A stretch of DNA of 64,000 bases from Eledone cirrhosa (taxonomy: Eukaryota). Positions 41,412 through 55,433 of this stretch are shown piece by piece. Positions within the stretch are counted from its first letter, which is position 1; each line of letters starts with the position of its first letter. The notes under the pieces are model-generated. The model did no database searches and was not told the origin of the DNA. It was given only the letters and a program-made list of their open reading frames with translations. The DNA lies in the NCBI GenBank assembly GCA_964016885.1, contig OZ024743.1:328910001-328974000 (forward strand), in the 5' to 3' direction. A program made the translations under genes and the position numbers.

Positions 41412-41442
<31 letters not shown>

Positions 41443-41445
41443 AGC

Positions 41446-41484
<39 letters not shown>

Positions 41485-41502
41485 ATAGAGAAATAATAGG
41501 AG

Positions 41503-41540
<38 letters not shown>

Positions 41541-41559
41541 GGGGAGCTGTACTAGGTCT

Positions 41560-41682
41560 GGTGTGGTCCTTTCTTTATTCACCCTAAAATATATGAAAGT
41601 CAAAGTGAACCTCGGTGGGATTTGAACTCAGTGACCCGAAACAGATATCCGACGCTCTAACGACTCTGCGACATCGACCGCC
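41560..41682 (-). mobile_element. Diverged SINE family A-related copy
   Basis: ATGAAAGTCAAAGTGAACCTCGGTGGGATTTGAACTCAG resembles the reverse complement of the family A B-box and central domain. Confidence 0.65.
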
Positions 41683-42504
41683 AGAGCGTTACGGACAGAT
41701 TGTAAAGTAAAAGATACCCTTAAAAAAAAAAAAAAAAAAAATCTCTCCCAAATCCGTGAATAAAAAATATTTTACTTACAAAAGAAACGTTGAAAGGGCT
41801 ACAAGTGTCAATGACGTCACGTTGAAAGGACTACAAGTATCAATGACGTCACGTGTCTATGGAAGACTTTACACCCGTGATCAGATGCTGCGGCAAAAAT
41901 CAAACAAAAAGAAAAAAAAGAAAAAAGAAACAAAAAAATGTCAAGGTACTACTTTCCTACATGGCATGATGGTGTTTTTAAAATACAATAGCATCCTTAG
42001 GAGAGACTCTGCCCTGGGCTAAATATAGAAAATATTTCTGGTGCTGCCTACACAGATACATTCACCAGAAACAGAACATTCCTATCATAACTTCTGCCAA
42101 ATGTAAACATAACAGGCCTGATATAGTTGTTTGGGGGAAGTAAAATAAAATTTATGTACTGTTGGGTATGTCAGCTGAGAAAAACGACAACAACATATTC
42201 ATGGGAAACTACTACGAAACCTTGTGAAGATGAGCGGAAGAATGTTGGTGGTGGTGGTGGTGGTGGTGGGGGGGGGGATGGACTACTGATCATAAGTTTA
42301 TGGGTTGTTGTATCTTGAACCGAGCAGCGTGTTGTGTTCTAGAGGAAAATACTTCATTTTACGTTGTTCTTTTTGTCATGAATCGCGACTGATAAGTAGT
42401 ATCTGTAATGGAAACATTGGTTCCTCGGTCCGAGCGTCTCTAGCCCCATTATATACTTACATTCCACCCTTGCTTGTTGATTTACTTGGTTATCTGTGAA
42501 GGAT

Positions 42505-42670
42505 ACGCACACGCACACGCACACACACACACAAACTCCTTATCTGTCTCCTCTCTCTCTCTTCTCACTCACACATACAAAGTCTCTCTATCACACACAT
42601 ACAAACACACACACTAACACACACTTTCTTTCTCTCTCTCTGTTCTCACACACACACACATAAAAAACCC

Positions 42671-42706
<36 letters not shown>

Positions 42707-42783
42707 AATTATTTCTCTCTCTCTTCTCACACACACACACATACAAACTCTCTTTCTCTCTCACACACACACACATACAAACC

Positions 42784-42815
<32 letters not shown>

Positions 42816-42922
42816 CAAACCCTCTCTCTCCCTCTCTCTCACAAACACACGCATACAAACTCTCTCTCTCTCTTTCACTCTCTCACACACACAAATTATT
42901 TCTCTCTCTTCTCACACACACA

Positions 42923-42972
<50 letters not shown>

Positions 42973-43007
42973 TACAAACTCTCTCTCTTCTCACACACAC
43001 ACACACA

Positions 43008-43076
<69 letters not shown>

Positions 43077-43216
43077 ACAAACTCTCTCTCTCTCTCACAC
43101 ACACACATACACACTCTCTCTCTCTCTCTCTCTCACACACATACAAACTCTCTCTCTCTCTCTCTCACACACACACATACAAACTCTCTCTCTTCTCACA
43201 CACACACACACACACA

Positions 43217-43298
<82 letters not shown>

Positions 43299-43400
43299 TA
43301 CAAACTCTCTCTCTTCTCTCTCACACACACACACAAAAACTCTCTCTCTCTCTCTCTCATACACACACACATACAAACTCTCTCTCTCACACACACACCA
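42505..43400. repeat. Compound (CT)n(CA)n-TACAAA minisatellite
   Basis: Repeated CACATACAAACTCTCTCT units. Confidence 0.9.
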
Positions 43401-43709
43401 CTTATCTCATTAATCCAGTCACTATAGATTTTTTTCAATATCGAAAACAAGGTGTTTAGCTCTGATTAAACCCAACGTGTGTTATAGTGGTTCTTGTTCC
43501 ACACCTCACCTGACCCCCCCCCCCCCCCCAAACACACACACACAATGCTGATTCCCTATTCAATATAAAAATATATTGAGATGTTAAAAGCACACGAGGT
43601 AATATATAGGAAAATTGCCTTCCTGAAATATATAAATTGATCCGCACTGGTGTATGTGTCATTTGTTCTGAATCACTGGTGTATAGTTTAACTACATACA
43701 CCACAAACA

Positions 43710-43840
<131 letters not shown>

Positions 43841-43842
43841 AT

Positions 43843-44021
43843 GGAACCAGTAAGACCCCAACGGCTGAGCTCAAGCCGTTTCGACGTCCAGAATTAGCCG
43901 TCGAAACGGCTTGAGCTCAGCCGTCGGGGTCTTACTGGTTCCTATTACCCACTCTACTACCCCAAGTATTGAGTACTTTGGTGCGTTATGGTCCACCTGG
44001 TTCCTTACCACATTTCCTTCG

Positions 44022-44022
<1 letters not shown>
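43843..44022 (+). mobile_element. Fold-back family F element (hairpin of about 100 bp + tail of about 80 bp) in (TA)n
   Basis: GGAACCAGTAAGACCCC..AGCCGTTTCGAC / GTCGAAACGGCTTGAGCTCAGCCGTCGGGGTCTTACTGGTTCC, then the tail TATTACCCACTCTACTAC..CCTTACCACA. Confidence 0.8.
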
Positions 44023-44061
<39 letters not shown>

Positions 44062-44067
44062 TATATG

Positions 44068-44630
<563 letters not shown>

Positions 44631-44812
44631 AGTATATGTTGGTTGTTTACCTACACCTAAGTATGCAGATTGGAGCACTCGACGATGTACGCAGGTTGGT
44701 TTGTTTACTCCGGAGTAATGTAAAATAATTAAGTCAAATAGGTAAAATTTGGCTTCGTTTATTATATCTATGGTTGTGTGTGTGTTTGCGTATGTATGTT
44801 TGTGTGTATGTT

Positions 44813-44848
<36 letters not shown>

Positions 44849-44896
44849 TTTGTGTGTGCGTGTGTATGTTTGTTTGTGTGTGTGTGTGTGTATATA

Positions 44897-44944
<48 letters not shown>

Positions 44945-45058
44945 GGCGCCCCATGCTCAGAATCCGTGCTGTATAGTGTAACTCAATAGACCACACAAAC
45001 ATGTAGACTATAATGACAACCACGTGGTTGTCATCTCTACATTATCTTTAGAAAGACA

Positions 45059-45243
45059 GGTGGTGGTTTGGTAGTATCGGTAGAGGGTCGGTCGCCATGC
45101 TTTCCAGCATAGTTACGTCCCTTTACGATCTGAGTTCAAATCCCGCCAAGGTTGACTTTGCCTTTCATCCTTACGGGGTCGATAAAATAAAGTACCAGTA
45201 ATGCACTGGGTAATTGCTGGCCTTGTGCCTAAAAGTAGAAACA
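45059..45243 (+). mobile_element. SINE family A, full length
   Basis: 18-bp TSD ATTATCTTTAGAAAGACA at 45041-45058 and 45244-45261. Confidence 0.92.
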
Positions 45244-45794
45244 ATTATCTTTAGAAAGACATACATGAACTCATATACAATATCTTAACTATATCTATTA
45301 TATAAAGGGTGATCCCAAAATACTCCTTTATTTCAAATATTGCATATGCTGCAAAGAGTCTGGACTGAGCTTGATTATCACATTGATGTTTTGCCGAGCA
45401 CACAAGGGGCCAACATCGAGTATCTATGACATCAACCAATACCACATGAAATGTTATTAGTTTATGCAACTGCAGCTGCCAATATTGTAAGAATATCCAT
45501 TTAAGTTTAAATATTATAAGTATTTTACCATCCTCCGGGGAAACGCCTCCCAGGGCTGCGGGGCGGTCAGCACGTGGGGCCCCATTTGCTCATAATAGAG
45601 AGAGATGGGGAGGGCAAGAGAGATGGGAGCGATGACAGAGGGAGTTCGGCTCTTCTGTGTTCGGACCTGGTGTGCAGCGTCAGTTGTCCACAGGGAGGTA
45701 GTGATTCATACTTATAAATAGTCTTATTTTTTCCTCGTATACATTGAGAGTAGAAATATTTGAAATGAAGGAGTGTTTTTGTGGTTACCCCATA

Positions 45795-45890
45795 AGTGGC
45801 TGTGTGGTTAAAGAGTTCACTTCGCAACCACGTGGCTTCAAGTTCAGTCCCACTGCGTAGTATGTTTGGCAAGTGTCTTCTACTGCAACA
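45795..45890 (+). mobile_element. tRNA-head/CORE SINE fragment
   Basis: GTGGCTGTGTGGTTAA (A box)..AGTTCAGTCCC (B box)..TTTGGCAAGTGTCTTCTACT. Confidence 0.6.
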
Positions 45891-46084
45891 TTCGATTGTC
45901 AAATGCTTTTTGGGTGCAATAAATCCTTTCGCAAGATTTCCGGTTTCCAATATCGAAAACAAAGTGTTTAGCTCTGATTAAACAACCACGTGTTCTATAT
46001 GGTTGTTATACTTATTGCTCCACGCTCCACCACGACACCCACCCCAATTTGGTAGACAGAAACTGCAGAAGCCCACCACGCACA

Positions 46085-46158
<74 letters not shown>

Positions 46159-46459
46159 CACACAAACGCACACACACAACCACACACACACGCACGCACA
46201 CAAACACAGACAAACACACACACACAAGCACACACAAACGCACGCACACAAGCACAAACACACACACACAACCACACACAAACGCACACATACAAACACA
46301 AAGACACACACACACACACACACAACCACACACAAACGTACACACACACATACAGTAATTATAGTGAACAGGATACCGAAAGAGACAGACAGACGGTCGG
46401 AGATATATGCAGCCGGAAACACAAGCATACATATACAATGATGCAAGAAGAGACAGCAT

Positions 46460-46490
<31 letters not shown>

Positions 46491-46731
46491 CATATATATA
46501 TAATGATGCAGACACAAACACATACACATGCACCACACACACACACACATAAATATATATATATACATATATATATAATGAAGCAGACACACACAGATAC
46601 ATAAACATACATACTACAATACATACATACACAAACACAGTTACATCTCTCTACACACACATCTACACACACATAGTTACAACTATACACACACACAATA
46701 ACATCTATACACACACATCGATACACACGCA

Positions 46732-46774
<43 letters not shown>

Positions 46775-46888
46775 GTTTGTATATGTATAATAAAGCCAAA
46801 ACAATGCAGGTATGGACATAGAATAAAGAATGCAAATGCAAAAGATATTGTTGATAATTAGTCTTTTACCTTAGATTTATTTAAATGT

Positions 46889-46923
46889 CCTTAATTTTCG
46901 AGATAATATCTCTTCTTCGGAGG
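46889..46923 (-). ncRNA. Hammerhead motif in the left pLTR (core variant CCGAAGA)
   Basis: Reverse complement: CCT-CCGAAGA-A-GAGATATTATCTC-GAAA-AT-TA-AGG. Confidence 0.55.
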
Positions 46924-47363
46924 GAAGTAAAGCGGTTAAACCAGTCTTCTAAATAGCTTGCCAAGTCATGCTGACAGGAAATGGTATAGAGTAGCTGTTC
47001 TATCTCTAATGTCAAAGCGTTAAGGTTAGGTGGATAAAGAGTAGACTCCCTTTAAAAGGTTTTTTTTTGTACATGCCTGTTTAAGTGTGTGGGATAATGT
47101 GTGAGGTGTAAGTATGTGTGTGTGTGTGAGTGTGAGAAGATATGTCTATACGTAAATGTGGGGGATAGATGTTATCTCGTGTTAGAACTGGTCTTTGTGT
47201 GTGTATGTGTTTGTGTGAGAGAGAATAAGTGGAGGTGTAAGCGCGTGTGTGTGTGTGTGTGTGTGTGGGTGTGTGTGTGTGTGGGTGTGTGTGTGTGGGT
47301 GGGTGGGTGCGTGTGCGTGTGTGTGGGAGGTGTGTGTGTGTAAATATGGGGCTAGATGCTCTA

Positions 47364-48797
47364 TCAAGTTATAAATTGGGTGTTGAGTTCTAGTCTATTA
47401 TTGATTGGTGGTTGTGATTTTTCTATAATTAGTGCTTCCTTAATTCTAAGATTGCCGAGGTTTCATTCCTTAGTTTCTATCCTAACTGTTATGGTTTTTT
47501 CGGTGTTTTTGCATTTAACTAGGTGTTTCTTAAATGAGGAAGCGTTAGTATTGAGGTGTTCTTTTATTCTTATGTGGAGTGGTCTGGTGGTGCTATCTAC
47601 GTAGAAGTTGCTGCATTTGTCGCACTCTAGTCTGTATACGACGTAAGCCTGGTGGCATAGGTCTGTGTCGTTGATGGGGCAGTTGGCTAGCCTGCATTAG
47701 TTGTCATGTCTGGTGGAGTGTCTTTTGGTTAGCTGTCCGCGTAGAGAAGGACCTGAGCGGGCCAATTGGATATCTAGTCCCTCTCGTCTGATAGCTCTGT
47801 GGATGGCTGTTGTTGTTTCGTCACTGAAGTGTGGGAGCTTCAGGAAGCAAGTGTTAGTGCCTCGGGTGTGGTGTCCTCTGTTCTTTCTGGCACGGTTTGT
47901 GGTGGATGTCGTGTATCCGTTCAGTTTGAGTACTTCCAGGAAATGTGTGGTGTGTGTGTCTCGGTCTCTAGCGTCGGTGCATTTGTTCCGGATACGTGTA
48001 GTTCGTTCCTTATATATCCGAACTTAGCGCTGGCTGGGAGGGCCGATCTGAAATGTACGAACAGGTCCCTGCTGGCGGCTTTTTTTTAGAGAACCAAGTG
48101 TGGATGTTGCCTTCCTCTGTTACCCTGAGTTGGAAGTCCATGCTGAACTTTATACTGGCGTCCATGCTCGAGAATGTTGTGTATATTTTATCCTCCTCCT
48201 CACGGGATGTTGTAAGGATGAGTATGTCATCTACATATCGGGTGAAGATGGTATGGGAAAGGCAGGTGTTGAGGGCTCGGCATTCTAGCTGGTTCATATA
48301 GGTGATGGCCAGCAGGCCCGATAGGCTGGATCCCATGGGTAATCCTGTTGTCTGTCTGTATGTGTGGTGGTGGAAGGTGAAGTGCGTGTTGTCCACTGTG
48401 AAGGACAAAAACTGGTGTATGTCCGTCGGAAGGAGGCCGTAGCAGTGGATGTCCTCTGCGACCACACAGTCCGTCAATAAATCGACAGCTGGATGAGCGG
48501 GGACTGTAGTGTAGAGGGAGACAACGTCGAGGCTAAAAGCGTATCTATTTAGTTTAAGTTGTTCTGGCTGGAGTTGGTGTAGTCTACGTATGACTTCGTC
48601 GGAGCTACTGACGTGCCCGGGAAAGGTGGAGAGTAGAGGCTTGAGAACCTGGGAAAGGAGCCAGGAAATTTTGTATAGGGGTCCTTCTATGCTAGAGACG
48701 ATGGGTCTCATTTGTGTCTTAGTTCTATTTTTGAGGGTCTTGATGAGGTGGTAGAAAGTGGCAGTCTGCTATTTCTAGTGGTGTAGTTGAGCTTAAC
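47364..48797 (-). pseudogene. Penelope-type reverse transcriptase + GIY-YIG endonuclease (frameshifted, N-terminally truncated)
   Basis: FYHLIK..RPIVS, SLDVVSLYT, YRQTTGLPMGSSLS and RYVDD in ORF 48010-48711. Manual translation downstream gives LCHQAYVVYRLECDKCSNFYVDSTTRPLHIRIKEH..LRIKEALII..PPIN, with a stop at 47364-47366. Confidence 0.92.
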
Positions 48798-49105
48798 TTT
48801 ATTCTCTCTCTCACACACACATACACACACAAAGACCAGTTCTAACACGAGATAACATCTATCCCCCACATTTACGTATAGACATATCTTCTCACACTCA
48901 CACACACACACATACTTACACATCACACATTATCCCACACACTTAAACAGGCATGTACAAAAAAAAAACCCTTTTAAAGGGAGACTACTCTTTATCCACC
49001 TAACCTTAACGCTTTGACATTAGAGATAGAACAGCTACTCTATACCATTTCCTGTCAGCATGACTTGGCAAGCTATTTAGAAGACTGGTTTAACCGCTTT
49101 ACTTC

Positions 49106-49140
49106 CCTCCGAAGAAGAGATATTATCTCGAAAATTAAGG
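49106..49140 (+). ncRNA. Hammerhead motif in the right (inverted) pLTR (core variant CCGAAGA)
   Basis: CCT-CCGAAGA-A-GAGATATTATCTC-GAAA-AT-TA-AGG; stem I CCT/AGG. Confidence 0.55.
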
Positions 49141-49297
49141 ACATTTAAATAAATCTAAGGTAAAAGACTAATTGTCAACAATATCTTTTGCATTTGCATT
49201 CTTTATTCTATGTCCATACCTGCATTGTTTTGGCTTTATTATACATATACAAACGTTTATACCTCATTACACAATACTTCATTACACAATACTTACT

Positions 49298-49334
<37 letters not shown>

Positions 49335-49649
49335 TACACACACACATCTATATATATATATATATATATATACATCTACACACACACACATCTACACACA
49401 CACATCTATACACACATATCTACACACACACATCTACATACACACACATCTATACACACATCTACTCACACACATCTATACACACATATATATATATATA
49501 CATCTACTCACACATCTATATATACACAGTTACAACTATACACACATCTATTGCGTCATCTATGACATAACTAGACTGTTCAGATAAAACTGTCTGTGTT
49601 TCTGTCTTAACATTAATTACATCGACCCCTCCTTCCTTGTCTCTCTCAC

Positions 49650-52600
49650 TCTTTCTGTCACTTATCACCATCTCTCTCACCTAGGTCTCTGTAATTCTCA
49701 CCACCCCTTTCTCACCCAGGGCTCTGTAACTCTCACCACCTCTCTCTCACCTAAATCTCTGTAACTCTCACCACCTCTCTCTCACCTAGGGCTCTGTCAC
49801 TTATCACAACCTCTCTCTCACCTAGGGCTCTGTAACTCTCACCACCTCCGTCTCACCTAGGGCTCTGTAACTCTCACCACATCTCTCTCACCCAGGCCTC
49901 TGTAACTCTCACCACCTCTCTCTCACCTAGGCCTCTGTAACTCTCACCACCTCTGTCTCACCTAGGGCTCTGTAACTCTCACCACCTCTTTCTCACCTAG
50001 GGCTCTGTAACGCTCACAACATCTCTCTCACTTAGGCCACTGTAACTCTCACCACATCTCTCTTACCTGGGTCTCTGTAACTCTCACCACATCTCCTTTA
50101 TCTTGGGTTCTGTAACTCTCACCACATCTCTCTCACCTAGGGCTCTGTAACTCTCACCACATCTCTCTTACCTAGGGCTCTGTAACTCTCACCACCTCTC
50201 TCTCACCTATGTCTCTGTAACTCTCACCACACCTCTCTCACCTAGGGCTCTGTAACTCTCACCACATCTCTCTCACCTAGGGCTCTGTAACTCTCACCAC
50301 ATCTCTCTTACCTAGGGCTCTGTAACTCTCACCACCTCTCTCTCATCTAGGCCTCTGTAACTCTCACCACTTCTCTCACCTAGGTGTCTGTAACTCTCAC
50401 CACCTCTCTCTCACCTAGGGCTCTGTAAACTCTCACCACATCTCTCTCTCACACCTAGGCCTCTGTAACTCTCACCACTTCTCTCTCACCTAGAGCTCTG
50501 TAACTCTCACTACCTCTCTCACCTAGAACTCTGTAACTCTCACCACATCTCTCTCTCTCACCTAGGGCTCTGTAACTCTCACATCTCTCTCTCACACCTA
50601 GGCCTCTGTAACTCTCACCACCTCTCTCTCACCTAGGTCTCTGTAACTCTCACCACCTCTCTCTCACTTAGGGCTCTGTAACTCTCACCACCTCTCTCTC
50701 ACATAGATCTCTGTAACTCTCACCAACTCTCTTTCACCTAGGGCTCGGTAACTCTCACCACATCTCTCTCACATAGGTCTCTGTAACTCTCACCACATCT
50801 CTCTTACCTAGGGCTCTGTAACTCTCACCGCCTCTCTCACCTAGGTCTCTGTAAATCTCACCACCTCTATGTCACCTAGGTGTCTGTAACTCTCACCACC
50901 TCTCTCTCACCTAGGTCTCTGTAACTCTCACCACACCTCTCTCACCCAGGTCTCTGTAACTCTCACCACATCTCTCTCACTTAGGGCCCTGTAACTCTCA
51001 CCACCTCACTTACCTAGGGCTCTGTAACTCTCACCACATCTCTCTCACCTAGGGCTCTGTAACTCTGACCACATCTCTCTCTCTCACCTAGGTCTCTGTA
51101 ACTCTCACCACCTCTCTCTCACCTAGGGCTCTGTAACTCTCACCACCTCTCTGTCACATAGGTCTCTGTAACTCTCACCACATCTCTCTTACATAGGGTT
51201 CTGTAACTCTCACCACATCTCTCTCTCTCTCACATAGGTCTCTGTAACTCTCACCACCTCTCTCTCACATAGGTCTCTGTAACTCTCACCACATCTCTCT
51301 TACCTAGGGCTCTGTAACTCTCACCACATCTCTCTTACCTAGGGCTCTGTAACTCTCACCACATCTCTCTCTCTCACATATGTGTCTGTAACTCTCACCA
51401 CCTCTCTCTCACATAGGTCTCTGTAACTCTCACCACCTCTCTCTCACCTAGGGTTCTGTAACTCTCACAACATCTCTCTCACCTAGGGCTCTGTAACTCT
51501 CACCACCTCCCTCTCATCTAGGCCTCTATAACTCTCACCACTTCTCTCACCTAGGTGTCTGTAACTCTCACCACCTCTCTCTCACCTAGGGCTCTGTAAA
51601 CTCTCACCACATATACATATATACTCACACATCTATATATACACAGTTACAACTATACACACATCTATTACGTCATCTATGACATAACTAGACTGTTCAG
51701 ATAAAACTGTCTGTGTTTCTGTCTTAACATTAATTACATCGACCCCTCCTTCCTTGTCTCTCTCACTCTTTCTGTCACTTATCACCATCTCTCTCACCTA
51801 GGTCTCTGTAATTCTCACCACCCCTTTCTCACCCAGGGCTCTGTAACTCTCACCACCTCTCTCTCACCTAAATCTCTGTAACTCTCACCACCTCTCTCTC
51901 ACCTAGGGCTCTGTCACTTATCACAACCTCTCTCTCAACTAGGGCTCTGTAACTCTCACCACCTCTCTCTCACCTAAATCTCTGTAACTCTCACCACCTC
52001 TCTCTCACCTAGGCCTCTGTCACTTATCACCACCTCTCTCTTATCTAGGTCTCTGTAACTCGCACCACATCTCTCTTACCTAGGGCTCTGTAACTCTCAC
52101 CACCTCTCTCTCACCTAGGGCTCTGTAACTCTCACCACCTCTCTCTCACCTCTCTCTCACCTGGGTCTCTGTAACTCTCACCACATCTCCTTTATCTTGG
52201 GTTCTGTAACTCTCACCACATCTCTCTCACCTAGGGCTCTGTAACTCTCACCACATCTCTCTTACCTAGGGCTCTGTAACTCTCACCACCTCTCTCTCAC
52301 CTATGTCTCTGTAACTCTCACCACACCTCTCTCACCTAGGGCTCTGTAGCTCTCACCACATCTCTCTCACCTAGGGCTCTGTAACTCTCACCACCTCTCT
52401 CTCATCTAGGGCTCTGTAACTCTCACCACTTCTCTCACCTAGGTGTCTGTAACTCTCACCACCTCTCTCTCACCTAGGGCTCTGTAAACTCTCACCACAT
52501 CTCTCACCTAGGGCCCTGTAACTCTCACAACCTCTCTCTCACGTAGGGCTCTGTAACTCTCACCGCATCTCTGTCACCTAGGGCTCTGTAACTCTCACCA

Positions 52601-53830
52601 CCTCTCTCTCAACTATGGCTCTGTAACTCTCACCCCTTCTCTCTCACCTAGGTCTCTGTAACTCTCACCACATCTCTCTCTCTCACCTAGCTCTCTGTAA
52701 CTCTCACCTCATCTCTCTTACCTAGGGCTCTGTAACACTCACCACCTCTCTCTCACCTAGGGCTCTGTAACTCTCACCACTTGTCTTTCACCTAGGGCTC
52801 TGTAACTCTCACCACATCTCTCTTACCTAGGGCTCTGTAACTCTCACCACCTCTGTCTCGCCTAGGGCTCTGTAACTCTTACCACCTCTCTGACCTAGGG
52901 CTCTGTAACTCTCACCACCTCTCTCTCACCTAGGCCTCTGTAACTCTCACCACGTCTCTCTCACCTAGGGCTCAGTAACTCTCGCCTCATCTCTCTCGCT
53001 CACCTAGGGCTCTGTAACTCTCACCACATCTCTATCACCTAGGGCTCTGTAACTCTCACAACCTCTCTCTCACCTAGGGCTCTGTAACTCTCACCACCTC
53101 TCTCTCACCTAGGTCTCTGTAACTCTCACCACACCTCTCTCACCTAGGGCTCTGTAACTCTCACCATCTCTCTCTCACCTAGGTCTCTGTAACTCTCACC
53201 ACCTCTCTCTCACCTAGGGCTCTGTAACTCTCACCACTTCTCTCTCACCTAGGGCTCTGTAACTCTCACCACATCTCTCTCTCTCACCTAGGGCTCTGTA
53301 ACTCTCACCACATCTCTCTCACCTAGGGCTCTGTAACTCTCACAACCTCTCTCTCACATAGGTCTCTGTAACTCTCACCACATCTCTCTCACCTAGGGCT
53401 CTGTAACTCTCACCACATCTCTCTTACCTAGGGCTCAGTAACTCTCACCACCCTCTCTCACGAAGGGCTATGTAACTCTCACCACATCTCTCACACTTAC
53501 CTAGGGCTCTGTAACTCTCACCACATCCCTCTCACCTAGGGCTCTGTAACCCTCACCATATCTCTCTCACCTAGGGCTCTGTAACTCTCACCACATCCCT
53601 CTCATCTAGCGCTCTGTAACTCTCACCACATCTCTCTTTCACATAGGTCTATCTAACTCTCACCACCTCTCTCTGATCTAGGTCTATGTAACTTTCACTC
53701 CCCCTCTCTCACCTAAGGCTTTGTAATTCTCACTTTTTCTGTCATTTATCACTCCCTCTCTCTCACCTAGGACTCTGTAACTCTCACTACCTTTCTCTCA
53801 CACAGGTGTCTGTAACTCTTACCCATCTCT
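49650..53830 (+). repeat. Satellite of about 35 bp, CTCTGTAACTCTCACCAC(C/A)TCTCTCTCACCTAGGG, in two blocks (about 49650-51610 and 51770-53830) created by a 2117-bp-offset duplication
   Basis: Tandem units with variable (CT)n. The unique leader GTCATCTATGACATAACTAGACTG occurs at 49555 and 51672. Confidence 0.93.
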
Positions 53831-54079
53831 CTCTTACTCATGCCTCACCTCCCTCTCACTTTCAGGTCTTTTCCAAACTCTTAGTTTTCTCACTCTCCTC
53901 CACCCCCTCTCTCTTATGTCTCTCTGTGTACTTTATGTCTCTTCTTTCATCTCTTTCAATCTCTCTCCCTCACGCCCTTCTCTCTTCCTCTCCAGCGTCT
54001 AAACTTCCTCAACTTCTACAAAGTGTGAACCTAATATAACCGTGTACAATTTCCCCCTGTGTTTTGTTTATTCATTTTC

Positions 54080-54172
<93 letters not shown>

Positions 54173-54429
54173 TATGTACACGTACATACATATATGTATA
54201 CAGACGTACAGTAGTATGTATATATATATACATACATGCACACATATATATATGTACGTATGGACTCACCGAACACCCATTACAATGCTCGGTGCTTTTG
54301 TAAACAAACATCCCGTATTAAGCCGCAGTGTCCAGCAACCATCATTGCTCACTTGTTCAACACTGACAAAGAAACGCTGTACTAGTTTCAATCTTATTAG
54401 CTATCGTCAGGTATAGCTATATATATATA

Positions 54430-54620
54430 TAGGAACCAGTAAGACCCCGACAGCTGAGCTCAAGCCGTTTCGACGGCTAATTCTGGACAGAATTAGCCGT
54501 CGAAACGGCTTGAGCTCAGCTGTCGGGATCTTACTGGTTCCTATTACCCACTCTACTACCTCAAGTATTGAGTACTTTGGTGCGTTATGGTCCACCTGGT
54601 TCCTTACCACATTTCCTTAG

Positions 54621-54621
<1 letters not shown>
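54430..54621 (+). mobile_element. Fold-back family F element
   Basis: Near-perfect hairpin 54430-54543 centred on GACGGCTAATTCTG-GA-CAGAATTAGCCGTC, followed by the family tail and (TA)n. Confidence 0.82.
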
Positions 54622-54655
<34 letters not shown>

Positions 54656-54656
54656 A

Positions 54657-54866
54657 AACGAAGTAAGTGTGGTTAGGAACCAGATGGACCATACTTAGGG
54701 TAGTAGAGTGGGTAATAGGAAAATGTTCAAGACCCCACCGGCAGAGCTCAAGCCGTTTCGACTGGTAATAAATTAGCCGAACTATATATATATATATATT
54801 AGGAAAAGGAAGTAAGGTTCTATAAAAAACAGTGGTTATAGAGAAAAAGTGAAATCGGAAATAGCA
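54657..54866 (-). repeat. Composite (family F half-element + TA tract + second fragment) inverted relative to 56897-57101
   Basis: The reverse-complement match spans both fragments and the TA tract between them. Confidence 0.8.
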
Positions 54867-55107
54867 GAAAATGATGACATGATATCATTAGGACTCCAGT
54901 CATTGAAATACGGAAGAAACTTCACGTGAGACCTCCAAATAGCTAGGTGTAGGCCAGAACAACAGTATATTTACCTCCCTTAAACATTGAAGGACGCATT
55001 AGATAATGTAGTCCTAGATCTACTATCAAGGACTACATTATCCAATAGCAAGAACAATAATGTCGAGTGGGGGATTTACCAGTATATATATATATATATA
55101 TATATAT

Positions 55108-55142
<35 letters not shown>

Positions 55143-55146
<4 letters not shown>

Positions 55147-55325
55147 AAAAGAGTCAGGACCCCGACGACTGAGCTCCGGCCATTTCGACAGCTAGTTTAG
55201 AACTAGCTGTTGAAACGGTCGAACTCAGCCGTCGGGGTCCTGAACCTTTTCCTATTACCCCCTCTACTACCCATAGTATCGAGTGCTCTGGTGCGTTATG
55301 ATCCACCTGGTTCCTTACCACACTT

Positions 55326-55328
<3 letters not shown>
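55143..55328 (+). mobile_element. Fold-back family F element with non-identical arms
   Basis: TCAGGACCCCGACGACTGAGCTCCGGCCATTTCGACAGCTAGTT / AACTAGCTGTTGAAACGGTCGAACTCAGCCGTCGGGGTCCTGA, then the family tail. Confidence 0.78.
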
Positions 55329-55415
<87 letters not shown>

Positions 55416-55433
55416 AAGTGTGGTAAGGACAAT

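Larger units (their letters stand above)
46768..49300 (-). mobile_element. 5'-truncated Penelope-like element with inverted pseudo-LTRs
   Basis: Inverted repeats of about 460 bp (46768-47228 and 48799-49261, near identical) enclose RT + GIY-YIG coding sequence. Both ends abut (TA)n. The right arm has an extra tail of about 40 bp. Confidence 0.93.

Noticed and set aside
41789-41855. 33-bp tandem dimer with two TGACGTCA (CRE/ATF) sites
   Set aside because: No linked gene or other promoter evidence; a simple local duplication explains it.
54965-55080. 14-bp hairpin GATAATGTAGTCCT/AGGACTACATTATC with vaguely HHR-like flanks
   Set aside because: Neither conserved core box is intact.
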